Source: an uncultured delta proteobacterium
Lineage (GTDB): Bacteria > Desulfobacterota > Binatia > Binatales > Binataceae
Assembly: GCA_963788205.1 (NCBI GenBank)
Contig: CAWBGG010000002.1
Span: 449,988-513,987 of the forward strand
Length of the DNA: 64,000 bases
Reading direction: 5' to 3'
The translations under genes were made by a program, and so were the position numbers. The notes below the pieces were generated by a model. That model saw only the letters and a program-made list of their open reading frames with translations. It was not told the origin of the DNA and ran no database searches. Below, in pieces: positions 48,370 to 59,180 of this stretch; position 1 is the first letter of the stretch; every line of letters begins with the position of its first letter.

Positions 48370-48684
48370 GAAGCCGCCGCCGGGCTTCGGAGCAATAGTC
48401 TCGGCGGCGACGGGACGGGCTCGGCCGGCATTCCGAGAATCGGCGAATGCTTTGATCGATCATCGGTAGAGGCAGACACCTCATCCGCTCGCGGATTCGG
48501 CATCTTCTCCTGATCCGAAGTAGGACCGGCGTCTCGCCGGTCGCGGCCGGCGGGCCGCCCCCCGGCGGCCGGCGCTATTTCGGATCGGCAGGGGATGCTG
48601 TGCCGTCCCGCCCAAACACCCTCTAGCCTAAGTGTTATATTTTCCATACATTTAGTTAAAGACCTGGGCTGAGGGGATGATCGT

Positions 48685-51600
48685 GTGCGCTGCGATTCGA
48701 TTACCGCGCGAGCGCTGAGGAGCGCCCGGCTGTGCGCCTCCGCGGCGGCCTTGATCTGTCTGCTGGCGGACGCGGCGAGCGGGCAAACCGTCAGGCTGCG
48801 CGGGAATGCGCCGCACGCAGTCGGCAGCCTGGCTTCGACCCTCGAAGCTCCGGCGGCAAACCGCTCGATTTGCAAGTGATCCTTGCGCCGCGCGATCGCG
48901 CCGGCCTCGCCACGCTGCTGCACGAGCAGCAGGATCCGGGCTCGCCGCGGTATCATAGATGGCTCACGCCGGCGGAGTTCGCCGCCCGCTTCGGGCCCCG
49001 CGAGGCCGACTTCAAGGCGGTCGAGGCCTGGCTGCTAGGGCAGGGGCTCACCATCACTTCCGCCGATTTGCCGCGCCGCTACATCCGCGCCGCCGGCTCG
49101 GTGTTGCAGGCCGAGCGCGCTTTTCAGGTCACGATCGTGGCGTCTGCCGACGGACGATCGTTCGGTAATCTGCAGGAGCCGTTGATTCCCGCCCGCTTCG
49201 ACGGAGTTATCGCGCACGTCGAAGGACTGGACAATCTAAGCGCCAGCATTGCCGCCTTCCAGACGCGTCCGGACCGGGCGCATCTTGAGCCCGTCGCAGG
49301 TGCCGGCCACGCGCCCGTGATGCCGTCGTTCGAGCTGGCCGCGCTGTTCGAGGATGCGGGAGAAATCGCTCGCCCCGCCAAAACGCAGCCCGAGGTTCTC
49401 TTCGGCGGTGTCGCCGCCTTCGGACCGTCTGACCTGTACACGTTTTACGACGAATCGCCGGTGCTGAGCGGCGGAATCACCGGCAAGAACTCGGATTGCA
49501 TCGCGCTGGTCGAGGACTCCAACTACCTGACCAGCTCGGTCGCGCTGTTCGACAGCACGTTCCTTTCCAGCGACGCCGCCCCGAGCATCACCAACCGTTT
49601 TCCGACCGCCGATCCCGGCCAGACCGGCGACGAGGCCGAGGCGCTGCTGGATATCGAATGGGCCCATGCGGTCGCGCCCGCGACGCCGATTCGCGTCTAC
49701 ATCGGCAATCCGTCCGACTACATAGTCGATCCCCTTTCCGACGCGATCGGGCAGGCGGTCGGCGACAATGCCTGCTCGGCAATCAGTATCAGCTTTTCCA
49801 TTTGCGGCGCATCCGACAGCTATTTCACCGGGGTGCTCGATCCGCTCTTCGCGCGGGCCGCTGCGCAGGGACAATCGGTGTTCGTCTCCGCCGGCGACTC
49901 CGGCGCGGCCGGCGTGGTTTTCGATCCGAGCACCTATTCGTGCGCGGTGGGCACGAGCCAGAACGTAAACGAGATGTCGGCCGACCCGTGGGTGACCTCG
50001 GTCGGCGGCACCGAGTTCACTCCCGACTACAATTCATCTCACAACGACGTAGGCTCGGTCGCCGAGCAGGTCTGGGACGAGGCCGGCTACGCGACCGGCG
50101 GCGGCTCCAGCAAGGTTTTCTCCAAGCCCGGCTTTCAGAGCGGCGTTGACCCTTCCGTCACTCAACGCGAGGTCCCCGATGTCGCGATGATGGCGTCGCC
50201 CGACCTGCCGGGCGTCTTCATGGGGATGGACTCCGATGGCGCGGCGGCGATCGGATGCTGTTACGGGGGAACGAGCCTCTCGGCACCGATGTGGGCGGGA
50301 ATTACTGAGCTGATCCAGCAGGCGGCGAGCGAGCGGCAGGGCACGCTCAACGCGCGCATCTACCAACTCGGCGCGGCGGGCAGTCCCGCGCTGCGCGACG
50401 TCACCTCGGGCTCGAACTCTTTCAACGGCGTGACGGGTTTCACGGCCGTAACCGGCTACGATCAGGCCACCGGATGGGGCTCGCCTGATATCGCGCGGTT
50501 GATCGCGGCCCTGCCGACCGTCACGCCGACGCCGTCACCAACTCCGAGCGCGACTCCGACGGCGACCCCCACCAATACGCCGACACCCACGCCGTCACCA
50601 TCGCCCTCGGCAACTCCTCCGCCGACGCCTACGAATACGCCGACGCCGAGTCAGACTCCGAGCCCGACGCCATCGCCAACGCCTTCGCCTTCGCCAACGC
50701 CGACTCCGACCGCGACTGCGGCGCCGACATTTACGCCGGCTCCGACCGCGACGCCGACACCCACACCGACCGCCACGACGGCTCCTACCGCAACCCCGAC
50801 GCCTACGCCGGCGCCGACCGCGACCGCTTCGCCGACTGCGACTGCGCCGGCGACTTTCACGCCGGTTCCTACAGCCACTCCAAGCGCAGCGCCGACCGCC
50901 AGCGCAGCGCCGACCCCGACGCCCACCGCCACGCTCGCAGCGACGCCGACCCCCACGCCGACTGCGATTGCGGCTCCGACCGTGAGTCCGACGCCGACCG
51001 CGACTCCGATCGCGACGGCGTCTTCAACCCCGTCACCCGCGCCAACCCCGTCGCCCACGCCCATACCGAGCAGGACTGCGACCCAAACCCCAATATCGAC
51101 CCCGACCCCGAGCCCAACGCCGACCGCGGCCGTTGCTCCCTCGGCAACCCCAACGCTTTCACCAAGCCCGACCGCCAGTCCGACCCCGATTCCCGCGCCG
51201 ACGCCCAGTCGAATTCCAACGCCGACCCCGAGCCCAACGCCGACCACGGCCGTCGCTCCCACATCGACACCAACGCTTTCGTCAACCCCGACTGCCAGTC
51301 CGACCCCGATTCCCGCGCCGACACCCAGTCGAACTCCGACGCCGACCCCCAGCCCAACGCCGACCGCGGCCGTTGCTCCCACCTCGACCCCAACGCTTTC
51401 ACCAACCCCGACCGCCAGTCCGACCCCGATTCCTGCGTCGACACCCAGCCGAGCTCCAACCCCGACCCCGATTCGCGCCCCGACGCCGAGTCAGACTCCG
51501 AGCCCGACTCCGACACCGACGGCGGCTCCTACGGCGACCGCTATGCCCACAACCGTCGTGACGCCTACGCCGACCGTCACGCCGACTCCAACCGCGACCG

Positions 51601-52821
51601 CAGCTCCTACCGCGACCGCGACGGCCACGCTCGCAGCGACACCCACAGCAGCGCCGACTCAAAGCGCAACGCCGACGCCGACTCCCAGTCCCGTTCCGAC
51701 CGTGACTCCATCGCCAACCGCCAGCCAGGCTCCGACCGCCAGCTTGACGGCGACTGCCACGCCGAGCGCAGCGCCAACCGCGTCATCGACTCCCACTCCG
51801 ACGCTCGCGCCGACGCCGACGCCCACGGCGATACCCACTCAGACCGCGACACCCGCGCCAACTTTCACGCCAGTGGCGACCGCGACACCCGCGCCGACGG
51901 CGACGATCGCGGTCGAGTCCACGCCGACTATCGCGCCGCCGGCCGCGACGGCGACTACGCTCCCGACGGCGACGCCGACGCCGGTGCCGCCGCTGGTCAT
52001 CAGGGTCAATTCGCCTACCGACACCGACTACGGCCTCGATGAGCCCGTGACGGCGAACTACTCATGCTCGGGCGGGAACGGCACGGTGACGGCTTGCGCC
52101 GGTCCGGTTACCAGTGGCGGCGCGATTGATACTTCCGCGGTCGGCGCCAAGAGTTTCACCGTGACCGCCAAGGACAGTCTGGGCGACGTCGCGGTTGAGG
52201 CGGTGGACTACTCGATCCTCCCGATCTCGACGATCAGCCTTTCCTTTGCCCCGCAACTGCTCGGTACCACCAGCGCGGCCCAGGACGTGGCATTGATCAA
52301 CACACAAGCCAGCGCGATGGAGCTGTCGCGTATCAGCGCCGGTGGCGATTTCATCCAAACCAACACATGTCCGCGGGCGTTGGTGGCGGGCGGCCGATGC
52401 GACATCGCGGTCAGGTTCGCGCCGAAAGCCGCCGGAGCCCGATCCGGCGATCTGACGATCGTCGAGGGCGGCAACTCGATGGTCGTCAGCTTAAACGGCG
52501 TCGGCGCCGGGGCGCAGCTTTCGCCGTCGAGCCTGAGCTTCAAGTCGCGGACGGTTGGCGCCGCCAGCGCCGCGAAGATCGTGACGCTGGCCAACAAGCA
52601 GGGCACGCAGCTTGATATCGCCGGGATCGCGGTCAGCGGCGATTTCGTCGAGACCAACAACTGCGGCGCCGCGCTGCGGCCGGATTCGAGCTGTCACATT
52701 TCGGTGAGTTTCGCGCCTGGCCGTGGCCGGAAAAAAGCTTTCCGGCGCGCTGACCGTCAGCGCCGATTCGGCGATCGCGCCCCCGAGCGTCAGCCTCATC
52801 GGCACGGCCACGCAGAACTGA
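48685..52821 (+). CDS. Secreted S53 (sedolisin/kumamolisin-like) peptidase with a ~500-aa Pro/Thr/Ala/Ser linker and C-terminal Ig-like domains; frame breaks near 48850-48858 (A-run) and 52727-52736 (A6 run); true stop at 52819-52821
   Basis: Signal peptide in the 48685 frame; pro-domain [18 protein letters not shown]; catalytic region [12 protein letters not shown]. The corrected C-terminus [33 protein letters not shown] resembles the NHL protein tail. Confidence 0.75.
50500..52000. repeat. Low-complexity PT(S/A)-codon repeat DNA (linker of the S53 protein)
   Basis: Reiterated ccgac(g/c)cc / ccgag(c/t)cc units. It generates spurious ORFs in every frame on both strands (50651-51382, 50869-51516, 51133-51561). 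Confidence 0.8.
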
Positions 52822-52828
52822 GCCGCGC

Positions 52829-53452
52829 TCAGCCCGTGCTGGCTGCCTTTCTCAGGTCGGCGGCGATGTCCTGCGGCTTGGCGATCGACCCGCTGTATTC
52901 CTTGAGCTCGTGGCCGTCCGGTCCGATCAGGAACATATCCGCTACGTGCGCGACCGAGCCGTCGGGCTCGATTTCGCGCCGCAGCTTGAGCAGGTTCATC
53001 ACGTGGTCGATCTCGGACGGCGCGCCGGTAAGAAAGGTCCAGCCCTGGTCCTCGGCTCCCTGCTCCTTGGAATACTTGAGCAGCGCCTGCGGATTATCGT
53101 GCTCGGGATCGATCGTGATCGAGATCATCGCGACCTTGCTGCCGAGATCGGGTCCCAAACGCAGCGCGACGTTGGCGAGCTTGGCCGTCAGCATCAGGCA
53201 CGGGCCGGGGCAGCTGGTGTAGATGAAATCGACCAGCACCGGCAGGCCTTTCAGCGAGTCAAGCGAAAAACTGTTGCCGTGCTGATCGAGCAGGGCGGTC
53301 TTCGGCAAGCAATCGCCCTTGCTCGCGACGTCGTATCCGCCTGATTCCGACACGGGCTGGTCGCTGCCACTGATGCTAGCCGATTTGCATCCGCATGCGA
53401 TCGCGGCGACGATTGCGATCGACCCGGCGATCGTCAGCCATTCACGCCGCAT
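52829..53452 (-). CDS. SCO1/SenC copper chaperone (lipoprotein), paralog 1
   Basis: [11 protein letters not shown]...TIDPEHD...HV; start [22 protein letters not shown]. Confidence 0.75.
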   Translation of the reverse strand: MRREWLTIAGSIAIVAAIACGCKSASISGSDQPVSESGGYDVASKGDCLPKTALLDQHGNSFSLDSLKGLPVLVDFIYTSCPGPCLMLTAKLANVALRLGPDLGSKVAMISITIDPEHDNPQALLKYSKEQGAEDQGWTFLTGAPSEIDHVMNLLKLRREIEPDGSVAHVADMFLIGPDGHELKEYSGSIAKPQDIAADLRKAASTG

Positions 53453-53903
53453 GTGATTCGCTCCTAACAGCGACGCGCGACGGCAACGACCATCGGTACA
53501 CGGCCAGCGCCGCCGCCAGCATCGCGAGGTCTCGGCCCAAGTCCCACCACATATCGCCGCGCGTGGCGGGGCCGCCGACACCGAAGCATCCGCAATCGAT
53601 CGTGATCCCGCGCGCGAGCGCAGAGGCGATCGCGGTGGTATAGGCGCCGAGCGTGATCAGCAACGCCAGCGCGGCCACACGCCGGAACCATCCGAGGAAG
53701 AGCATCACGCCCGTGGCAATCTCGAACACCGGCACCGCCAGCGCGAAAGAGTTGATCAACGCCAGCGGCACGATTCCGAACGCAGCGATCGTGTCCGCCA
53801 TCGCCAGCGGGTTGCTGATCTTGATCGCGCCCGCATAGACGAACAGCCCGCCGAGCACCACCGAGATGGCGACCGTTTTGTACTTCATCGCAAACGCTTT
53901 CAT
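53442..53903 (-). CDS. DoxX/MauE-family membrane protein
   Basis: Four TM segments; CGCFG motif. Confidence 0.65.
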   Translation of the reverse strand: MKAFAMKYKTVAISVVLGGLFVYAGAIKISNPLAMADTIAAFGIVPLALINSFALAVPVFEIATGVMLFLGWFRRVAALALLITLGAYTTAIASALARGITIDCGCFGVGGPATRGDMWWDLGRDLAMLAAALAVYRWSLPSRVAVRSESHAA

Positions 53904-53907
53904 GCGA

Positions 53908-54501
53908 TCAGTCCTTCGCCACCGGAAGATTCGCCTGCGACCATTCCTCCCATCCGCCGGTGAATACCCTGACGTTGGAAAAGCCCAGACTGAGCAGCGC
54001 GCTGGCTACCAGCTTGCTGTCGTGGCACTCCCCGCCCGAGCAGTAGACAATCACCGGCCGATCGTGGCTCGCGTCGAGCTTTTTCGACAGCGCTTGGTAA
54101 TCGTGCGCGAAGTCGTCGCGCGCGAGATTGAGCGCACCCGGAACGTGGCCCATCGCATAGAACGGCGCCGAGCGGGCATCGAGGATCAATGCGCTCCCGC
54201 CGTTGACGATCGGTTTGAATTCGCCCAGTTCCAGGGTCTGCAGGTCGGAGGGCTGGAAGGGTGGGGCGTTCACGAGCGTAGTCAGCTCGGCGGCCAGCCG
54301 TTGCTCGGGCGAGCGGTAAACCAGCGGCAGGTGAGGGCTGTGAAACCGATTGAGGATTTGCCCCGCTGCCACGGCGAGCAGACCCACCAGCACTACGCCG
54401 CCAAGGTCGCGGAGCAAGACGGACGTTGTACGCGCGGTCTCGTGCCGGGTGAGATCGCGCGCGGGCGCCACTGACATATTGGGCGAGGTGGTACTCATCA
54501 A
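53908..54501 (-). CDS. Rhodanese-domain sulfurtransferase, membrane anchored
   Basis: YCSGGECHDS active-site Cys loop. Confidence 0.7.
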   Translation of the reverse strand: MMSTTSPNMSVAPARDLTRHETARTTSVLLRDLGGVVLVGLLAVAAGQILNRFHSPHLPLVYRSPEQRLAAELTTLVNAPPFQPSDLQTLELGEFKPIVNGGSALILDARSAPFYAMGHVPGALNLARDDFAHDYQALSKKLDASHDRPVIVYCSGGECHDSKLVASALLSLGFSNVRVFTGGWEEWSQANLPVAKD

Positions 54502-54509
54502 GGCCTATT

Positions 54510-54923
54510 CTACTGCGCCGCCCCGTGTGAGGGCGACGCTTGATGGTCGCGGCAAAAGTGGCGTACGTAAGCGACCAGCGCGTGGATTTGGCCGTCGTCG
54601 AGCGCGCCGCCCCACGCGGGCATTTCGGCGCTCATCCCGGCGGCCAGCCCGCCCTGCTTGATGACCTTGAAGAATTGGTCGTCCGAAACCTTGCCGGTTG
54701 CACCGCAATCAGAAAGATCGTCGGGCGGCGCTTCAAGCTGATGCGACTGCGGCCCGTCGCCGCGTCCCTTGGCGCCGTGACAGTTCGTGCAATAGCGCGA
54801 GTAGTCACGCGCGGTCGGCGCGCTGTCGGCGGCGCGCACGATCGCGGTTGAAGCCACGACGATCGCGGCGGCGAGCGCCGTTTGTTGCGCGACGATGAAC
54901 CGCCGCTGGCGCATCGATCTCAT
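54510..54923 (-). CDS. c-type cytochrome
   Basis: Signal peptide; CTNCHG haem-binding motif; Met ligand region. Confidence 0.7.
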   Translation of the reverse strand: MRSMRQRRFIVAQQTALAAAIVVASTAIVRAADSAPTARDYSRYCTNCHGAKGRGDGPQSHQLEAPPDDLSDCGATGKVSDDQFFKVIKQGGLAAGMSAEMPAWGGALDDGQIHALVAYVRHFCRDHQASPSHGAAQ

Positions 54924-54926
54924 CGC

Positions 54927-55544
54927 TCAGCCGCGCGCCAGGAGCTTCTGGACGTCCTGGGCCACGTCGTCAACCTTCACGTCGCTGGGATTGTACTCGC
55001 GGCGCTGCAGGCCGTCGGGCCCGAGCAGGAAGAACGCGATGATGTGCTCCACGGTGCCGTCGGAATCGCGGATTCGCTCTAGCTTGTAGTCCTTGAGGAG
55101 CCCCTCTATTTGCTCGGGTTTTCCGGTCAGGAAAATCCATCCACTGCGATCGGCGCCCTGCCGTTTGGCGTAGTCCGCGAGCTGTTGCGGCCCGTCGTGC
55201 TCGGGATCGATCGTCACCGATACCACCTCGACTTTGCCGCCGAGCTCGGCGCCCAACCGGTCGGCCACGCGCGACATCTTGGCCGTCATCATCTGACACG
55301 GCCCCGGGCAGCTGGTGTAGATGAAATCCACCAGCGTGGGATGGCCCTTCAGCGATGCGAGATCAACCGGATGGCCGTGCTGATCGGTGAGCACCAGATG
55401 CGGCAAGCAATCGGTGTCGTTGATCGCCTTCATCGCGTCGTCCGATCCGGAGTCGCACGCCGCGACGGTCAGCATCAATGCGAATGTCGCCAGCAACGCG
55501 GCGATCGCGGATCGCGCGATCGCCGACTGATGAGCGCGCGTCAT
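54927..55544 (-). CDS. SCO1/SenC copper chaperone, paralog 2
   Basis: [11 protein letters not shown] motif; lipoprotein signal. Confidence 0.75.
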   Translation of the reverse strand: MTRAHQSAIARSAIAALLATFALMLTVAACDSGSDDAMKAINDTDCLPHLVLTDQHGHPVDLASLKGHPTLVDFIYTSCPGPCQMMTAKMSRVADRLGAELGGKVEVVSVTIDPEHDGPQQLADYAKRQGADRSGWIFLTGKPEQIEGLLKDYKLERIRDSDGTVEHIIAFFLLGPDGLQRREYNPSDVKVDDVAQDVQKLLARG

Positions 55545-55858
55545 TTCGTCGCCGCCTTATGCAGGTACATCTCGGGATGCTCCACGAACGCGTCGCGCTC
55601 CGAGCCGTCGCAGAAGTAGTAGTCCTTGCCCTGATACTCGGCGCCGGGCGTGTCGCTCTTGACGTGCAGGTTCATGCCGCAGACCGCGCACTTGGTGGCT
55701 TTGCCGACGTCCGCGGCATTCGGTGCGGCGAGCGCTTTGGCTATCGCGGGTGAATCGGCGCACCACGCCGGTGTTGATAGCGGCGCAATCACCAGTAGCG
55801 AAAGCGCGAACAGGATCGCCACTACAATTGGCAGGTTTGAACGTTTTACCGCTTTCAT
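55541..55858 (-). CDS. YHS/TRASH-domain metal-binding protein
   Basis: CAVCGM...YYFC motif; N-terminal TM segment. Confidence 0.6.
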   Translation of the reverse strand: MKAVKRSNLPIVVAILFALSLLVIAPLSTPAWCADSPAIAKALAAPNAADVGKATKCAVCGMNLHVKSDTPGAEYQGKDYYFCDGSERDAFVEHPEMYLHKAATK

Positions 55859-55935
55859 TTTATCCCTCGTACCATTTGGGTTTTTGGTCTTGTGATTTTG
55901 TAAACTTCGGTCCATCGCCATCAGTTCCTTGCGGC

Positions 55936-56556
55936 TTAGCCGCGGCTGATCGCCTTTTGAAGATCGGCCGCGACCGCCTGATATTTCAGGTTCTCGCCGT
56001 TGTATTCGTGAAGTTTGCGGCCGTCAGGTCCGACCAGGATGACTCCCACGATATGTGAAACCGAGCCGTCGGATTCACGCTCCCGGCTCAACCCGAAGGC
56101 TGCGAGCGCGGCGTCGATCTCGCCCGGACCGCCGGTCAGGAACAGCCATCCCTCTTGGCTCGCGCCCTGTGCCTTCGCGTAGTCGAGCATCTGTTGCGGC
56201 CCGTCATGCTCGGGATCGATCGAGATCGAGACCATCGTCAGCTCTGATCCGACCGCCGGCCCCAGGCGGTGGGCCACGTCGATCATCCTCTGGGTCAGCG
56301 TCCGGCACGGACCCGGACAGGATGTATAGATAAAATCTACCAGGACGGGTTTACCCTTCAACGCCGACAAGCTCACGCTCCGGCCGTTCTGATCGACCAG
56401 GCTAATCGCGGGCAGGCAGTCCGAATTGGCCTCCGTGCCGGACCGATTGCAGGCCACGATGGTAAAGAGCATCAACCCGGCAAGAGCGGCGGCGGCAAGC
56501 CTGCCGGCCCGGCTCGCAAACGCTGTAGTCGCATTCATCTTCGACTCCTTATCCAC
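55936..56556 (-). CDS. SCO1/SenC copper chaperone, paralog 3
   Basis: [11 protein letters not shown] motif. Confidence 0.75.
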   Translation of the reverse strand: MDKESKMNATTAFASRAGRLAAAALAGLMLFTIVACNRSGTEANSDCLPAISLVDQNGRSVSLSALKGKPVLVDFIYTSCPGPCRTLTQRMIDVAHRLGPAVGSELTMVSISIDPEHDGPQQMLDYAKAQGASQEGWLFLTGGPGEIDAALAAFGLSRERESDGSVSHIVGVILVGPDGRKLHEYNGENLKYQAVAADLQKAISRG

Positions 56557-57070
56557 CCTGATGCGGCAGCAATGGCAGCACCGCTGCGGCGAGCGTTTTC
56601 TCGGTCAGCGGAGTCCCGTCGGCGGTAAATCGCGCGCGCACGATACCGTTGCCATCGATCACCAGCGTGAACGGCAGCGTGACCGGAGCGCCGAAGCCGT
56701 TCACCGTGGCCTGATCCAGAATCGCCGCCGGATAGCTGAACGATTGCATCACCTTGGGCACCTCGGCTTGATCGTGCGAGCGGTCGGCGCTGAGCCCGAT
56801 CGCTTCGACCCCCAGCCGATGATAACTCCGATAGAACGCGTCCAGCGCGGGCATCTCGCGCCGGCACGGCGGGCACCAGGTGGCCCAGAAATTCACGATT
56901 ACCACCCGCCCGCGCATCGCGGCCAAATCGAACACTTGACCGTTCAACTCCGCGACCACCAGCGGCGGCGCCGCCTCGCCGACATTGGCGGATGCCAGCG
57001 CCGGGCGTGCGATTCCGATCGTCGCGAGCACTCCGGCCGCGATCGCGAACTGGCAAATCGTTCTACGCAT
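56549..57070 (-). CDS. TlpA/ResA-like thiol-disulfide oxidoreductase
   Basis: WATWCPPC thioredoxin motif; signal peptide. Confidence 0.75.
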   Translation of the reverse strand: MRRTICQFAIAAGVLATIGIARPALASANVGEAAPPLVVAELNGQVFDLAAMRGRVVIVNFWATWCPPCRREMPALDAFYRSYHRLGVEAIGLSADRSHDQAEVPKVMQSFSYPAAILDQATVNGFGAPVTLPFTLVIDGNGIVRARFTADGTPLTEKTLAAAVLPLLPHQGG

Positions 57071-57167
57071 TGGATGGGCACTCGCTACAAATTATAGCTC
57101 AAGATGGTCTTGAACAGGACCGGCGCGGTCAGTCGGTTGTCGACCTTCACGATTGCTTCCCCTCGCT

Positions 57168-58139
57168 TCAGAAGTTGTAACTCACGACCAGCTTGGTCGC
57201 CCAGGGCGCGGTCAGCTGATAGCCGGTCATGTTTTGGTAAATGGGGTGTTCGATATCGGCGTAGACTCGCAGGGATTGAAACGCCGTTTCAACCCCTGCA
57301 GCAATTTGTACTTTGTCGTAACCGCTGTCATTCGGGTCCGCATTGCTGCCGCGGTCGTTCTGGCGGTCGCTGCCCAGCAACGACAGGATGGGGGCAAATT
57401 CCGTTAGAGGACCGATAACGCCGAAGTCGTAGAAGAGCCCCAGAGCTGAATCAAACTCCCGGCCGGGCTTGTAGTGGTCCTGAAACGCGAATGGCACGTC
57501 GTACAAGGCTTGCACATACCAGCCGAACGGGCGATCCCTGAAGGTCAGCGGCAGGCTCCCAAGCTGCGACGGGAGCGTTCCGAGATGATACGCCCCAAGC
57601 AGAAGGTCGGTGCTGCCCGTCCCGATCTGGGTGTCACGGTCGAACGGCGGATAGTGCCAGTCGCCGGACGGCACCTTGAGGCCGCCCAAAAAACCGGTTG
57701 ACATGTCCTCGGACAAGCCGGTCCACATACCCATAATGCGGATGTCGCCTATGGAGTTCAGGTCGTAGGATATGATGTCCGCATTGTTGCCCTGGTAGGC
57801 GCCCCGGTAGTTCCGCTCCCAGTAGGGCACTTCCAGCATCACGCCCCAGCTATGATTGAACATGTATTGGCCGCCGACGGTGACGAAGTCGGTCTTCAGC
57901 CGCTTGTCGTTATTTTGGGTGCCGGAGGCAGGCGTGGTTGCGTGCCAATCGATGTATTGGTTCATGTAGTCGTAGTCGGTCCACACTATTCCCCCGGCGG
58001 TAGTCGGAATCAGCGAGGGCGTCGCGACTTCGAACACGCCACATCCGCAGGCGCACGCCCAACCGATACCGGGGCTCAGGCTAATCAGAAAAATTGCTGC
58101 CGCCAGCATCCAGGCCGGCGTTTTCAGCATCGCTCGCAT
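57168..58139 (-). CDS. Outer-membrane beta-barrel protein (C-terminal ...VSYNF); Cys-rich N-terminus after the signal peptide
   Basis: Signal peptide MLAAAIFLISLSPGIGWA; alternating amphipathic strands; aromatic terminus. Confidence 0.5.
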   Translation of the reverse strand: MRAMLKTPAWMLAAAIFLISLSPGIGWACACGCGVFEVATPSLIPTTAGGIVWTDYDYMNQYIDWHATTPASGTQNNDKRLKTDFVTVGGQYMFNHSWGVMLEVPYWERNYRGAYQGNNADIISYDLNSIGDIRIMGMWTGLSEDMSTGFLGGLKVPSGDWHYPPFDRDTQIGTGSTDLLLGAYHLGTLPSQLGSLPLTFRDRPFGWYVQALYDVPFAFQDHYKPGREFDSALGLFYDFGVIGPLTEFAPILSLLGSDRQNDRGSNADPNDSGYDKVQIAAGVETAFQSLRVYADIEHPIYQNMTGYQLTAPWATKLVVSYNF

Positions 58140-58283
58140 AGTCACCGGCCAGGCCGGGACAGTGGATCTTCTCATCACGCATAAACTCCCGTCAGCGCGC
58201 GCAGCACTGCGCGATACTCCCTTCGCCCGCAAACCATCGCGGACGTGGGCATTCAATCAACTCGGTCGAAACAGGGAGCGTGC

Positions 58284-58604
58284 CTACGGAAGAAGTTCGG
58301 GCGGGGGCGGGTCCGGCGCTTCGCGCAGCGGAGCCACCGAAGATACAATCGCATCCGGCGCGTCGCCGCGCGCGGCAAGTGCATGAGTAAATCCGCGGGC
58401 GGGAAGCATCGGCGCCAGCGAGGGCGTCGAGGCGTTGGCGGCTGATTGCAGCGGATGGCACATATCGACCGTCAGCGCCGGTCCGGAGTTCGGGGTCGGC
58501 GCCGCGATCACGATCGGGATGCTGGCGAACAGCATCGCCAGCGCAAGCACGGCGCGAAGCATACCGCATCCGCGGGAGAGCCTGATTAGTGCGGTCGGTC
58601 TCAT
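58284..58604 (-). CDS. Small secreted Pro-rich protein (106 aa)
   Basis: Signal peptide only. Confidence 0.3.
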   Translation of the reverse strand: MRPTALIRLSRGCGMLRAVLALAMLFASIPIVIAAPTPNSGPALTVDMCHPLQSAANASTPSLAPMLPARGFTHALAARGDAPDAIVSSVAPLREAPDPPPPELLP

Positions 58605-58605
58605 C

Positions 58606-59116
58606 TCAAAAGAACGAGCGGCCGGCCACTACGTCGGCCACCTTGATCTTGGCCGTGCCGCGATCCTCTTGATGCGCGAGCGCGACCGGCACGCACGAGG
58701 CCACGCCCGCCGTCATCTGGTCGATCTTGTAACGGTTGCCGCACACCCGGCAGATCAGGCTCGTTGCCGGAGATCGCGTAACCCTTGTGATACGAGTAGC
58801 AGCGGCGGCAGACGTCGAACACCGAACGCACCTGTCCGTCACTGCCGCGCGCCAGCAGAAAGCGCAGCCGGTTTCCCGCCGCGTCGTCGTAGCCGTACTT
58901 GCGGGCGCTGCCAGGTGCGAGCGTGCTCAGGTCGATACTCAACACGTCGCGGCCGGTGACCATCGTGTATCGTTCGCCCGAAATGCTGAACGCGAGCGCG
59001 GCCGCGGCGATGAGCGCGCCGGCGAACAGCTTTCCTCTGACGTGCTTCATGTCTTCCAGTCGATACTCCGCGCGCGGCGGCGGATCAATCTCGATGTGAG
59101 AGCTACCCCTGACCAA
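58606..59116 (-). CDS. DUF2318-like Fe-S/membrane protein (FtrD-like); frame break near 58750-58760
   Basis: VFDVCRRCYSYHKGYAISGNEP in one frame continues as ICRVCGNRYKIDQMTAGVASCVPVALAH in the next. Confidence 0.45.
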
Positions 59117-59180
59117 CGAGGGCGTCGGCGAGGCGCCGATACCTTCGCGAGGCGATCAGCCATGCGCTTAAAACGGTCAG
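59075..59180. repeat. ~100-bp repeat shared by the 3' ends of the multicopper oxidase and nicO genes (copy 1)
   Basis: About 88% identical to 61090-61195; encodes the shared tail LIA(S/W)R(R/K)YRRLADA(L/I)VGQ and about 30 bp past the stop. Confidence 0.6.

Noticed and set aside
50651-51861. Multiple ORFs (GVGVG-, SESGS-, RPRF-type) on both strands within 50.6-51.9 kb
   Set aside because: Alternative-frame and antisense readings of the Pro/Thr-codon repeat that forms the S53 linker. It is neither independent genes nor a CRISPR array (no unique spacers, units of 6-9 bp).
52829-53222. 3' extension of the 1496-aa S53 ORF across the SCO1 gene
   Set aside because: Produced by a frame break at the A6 run near 52730; the corrected frame ends at 52821 with a tail homologous to that of the NHL protein.
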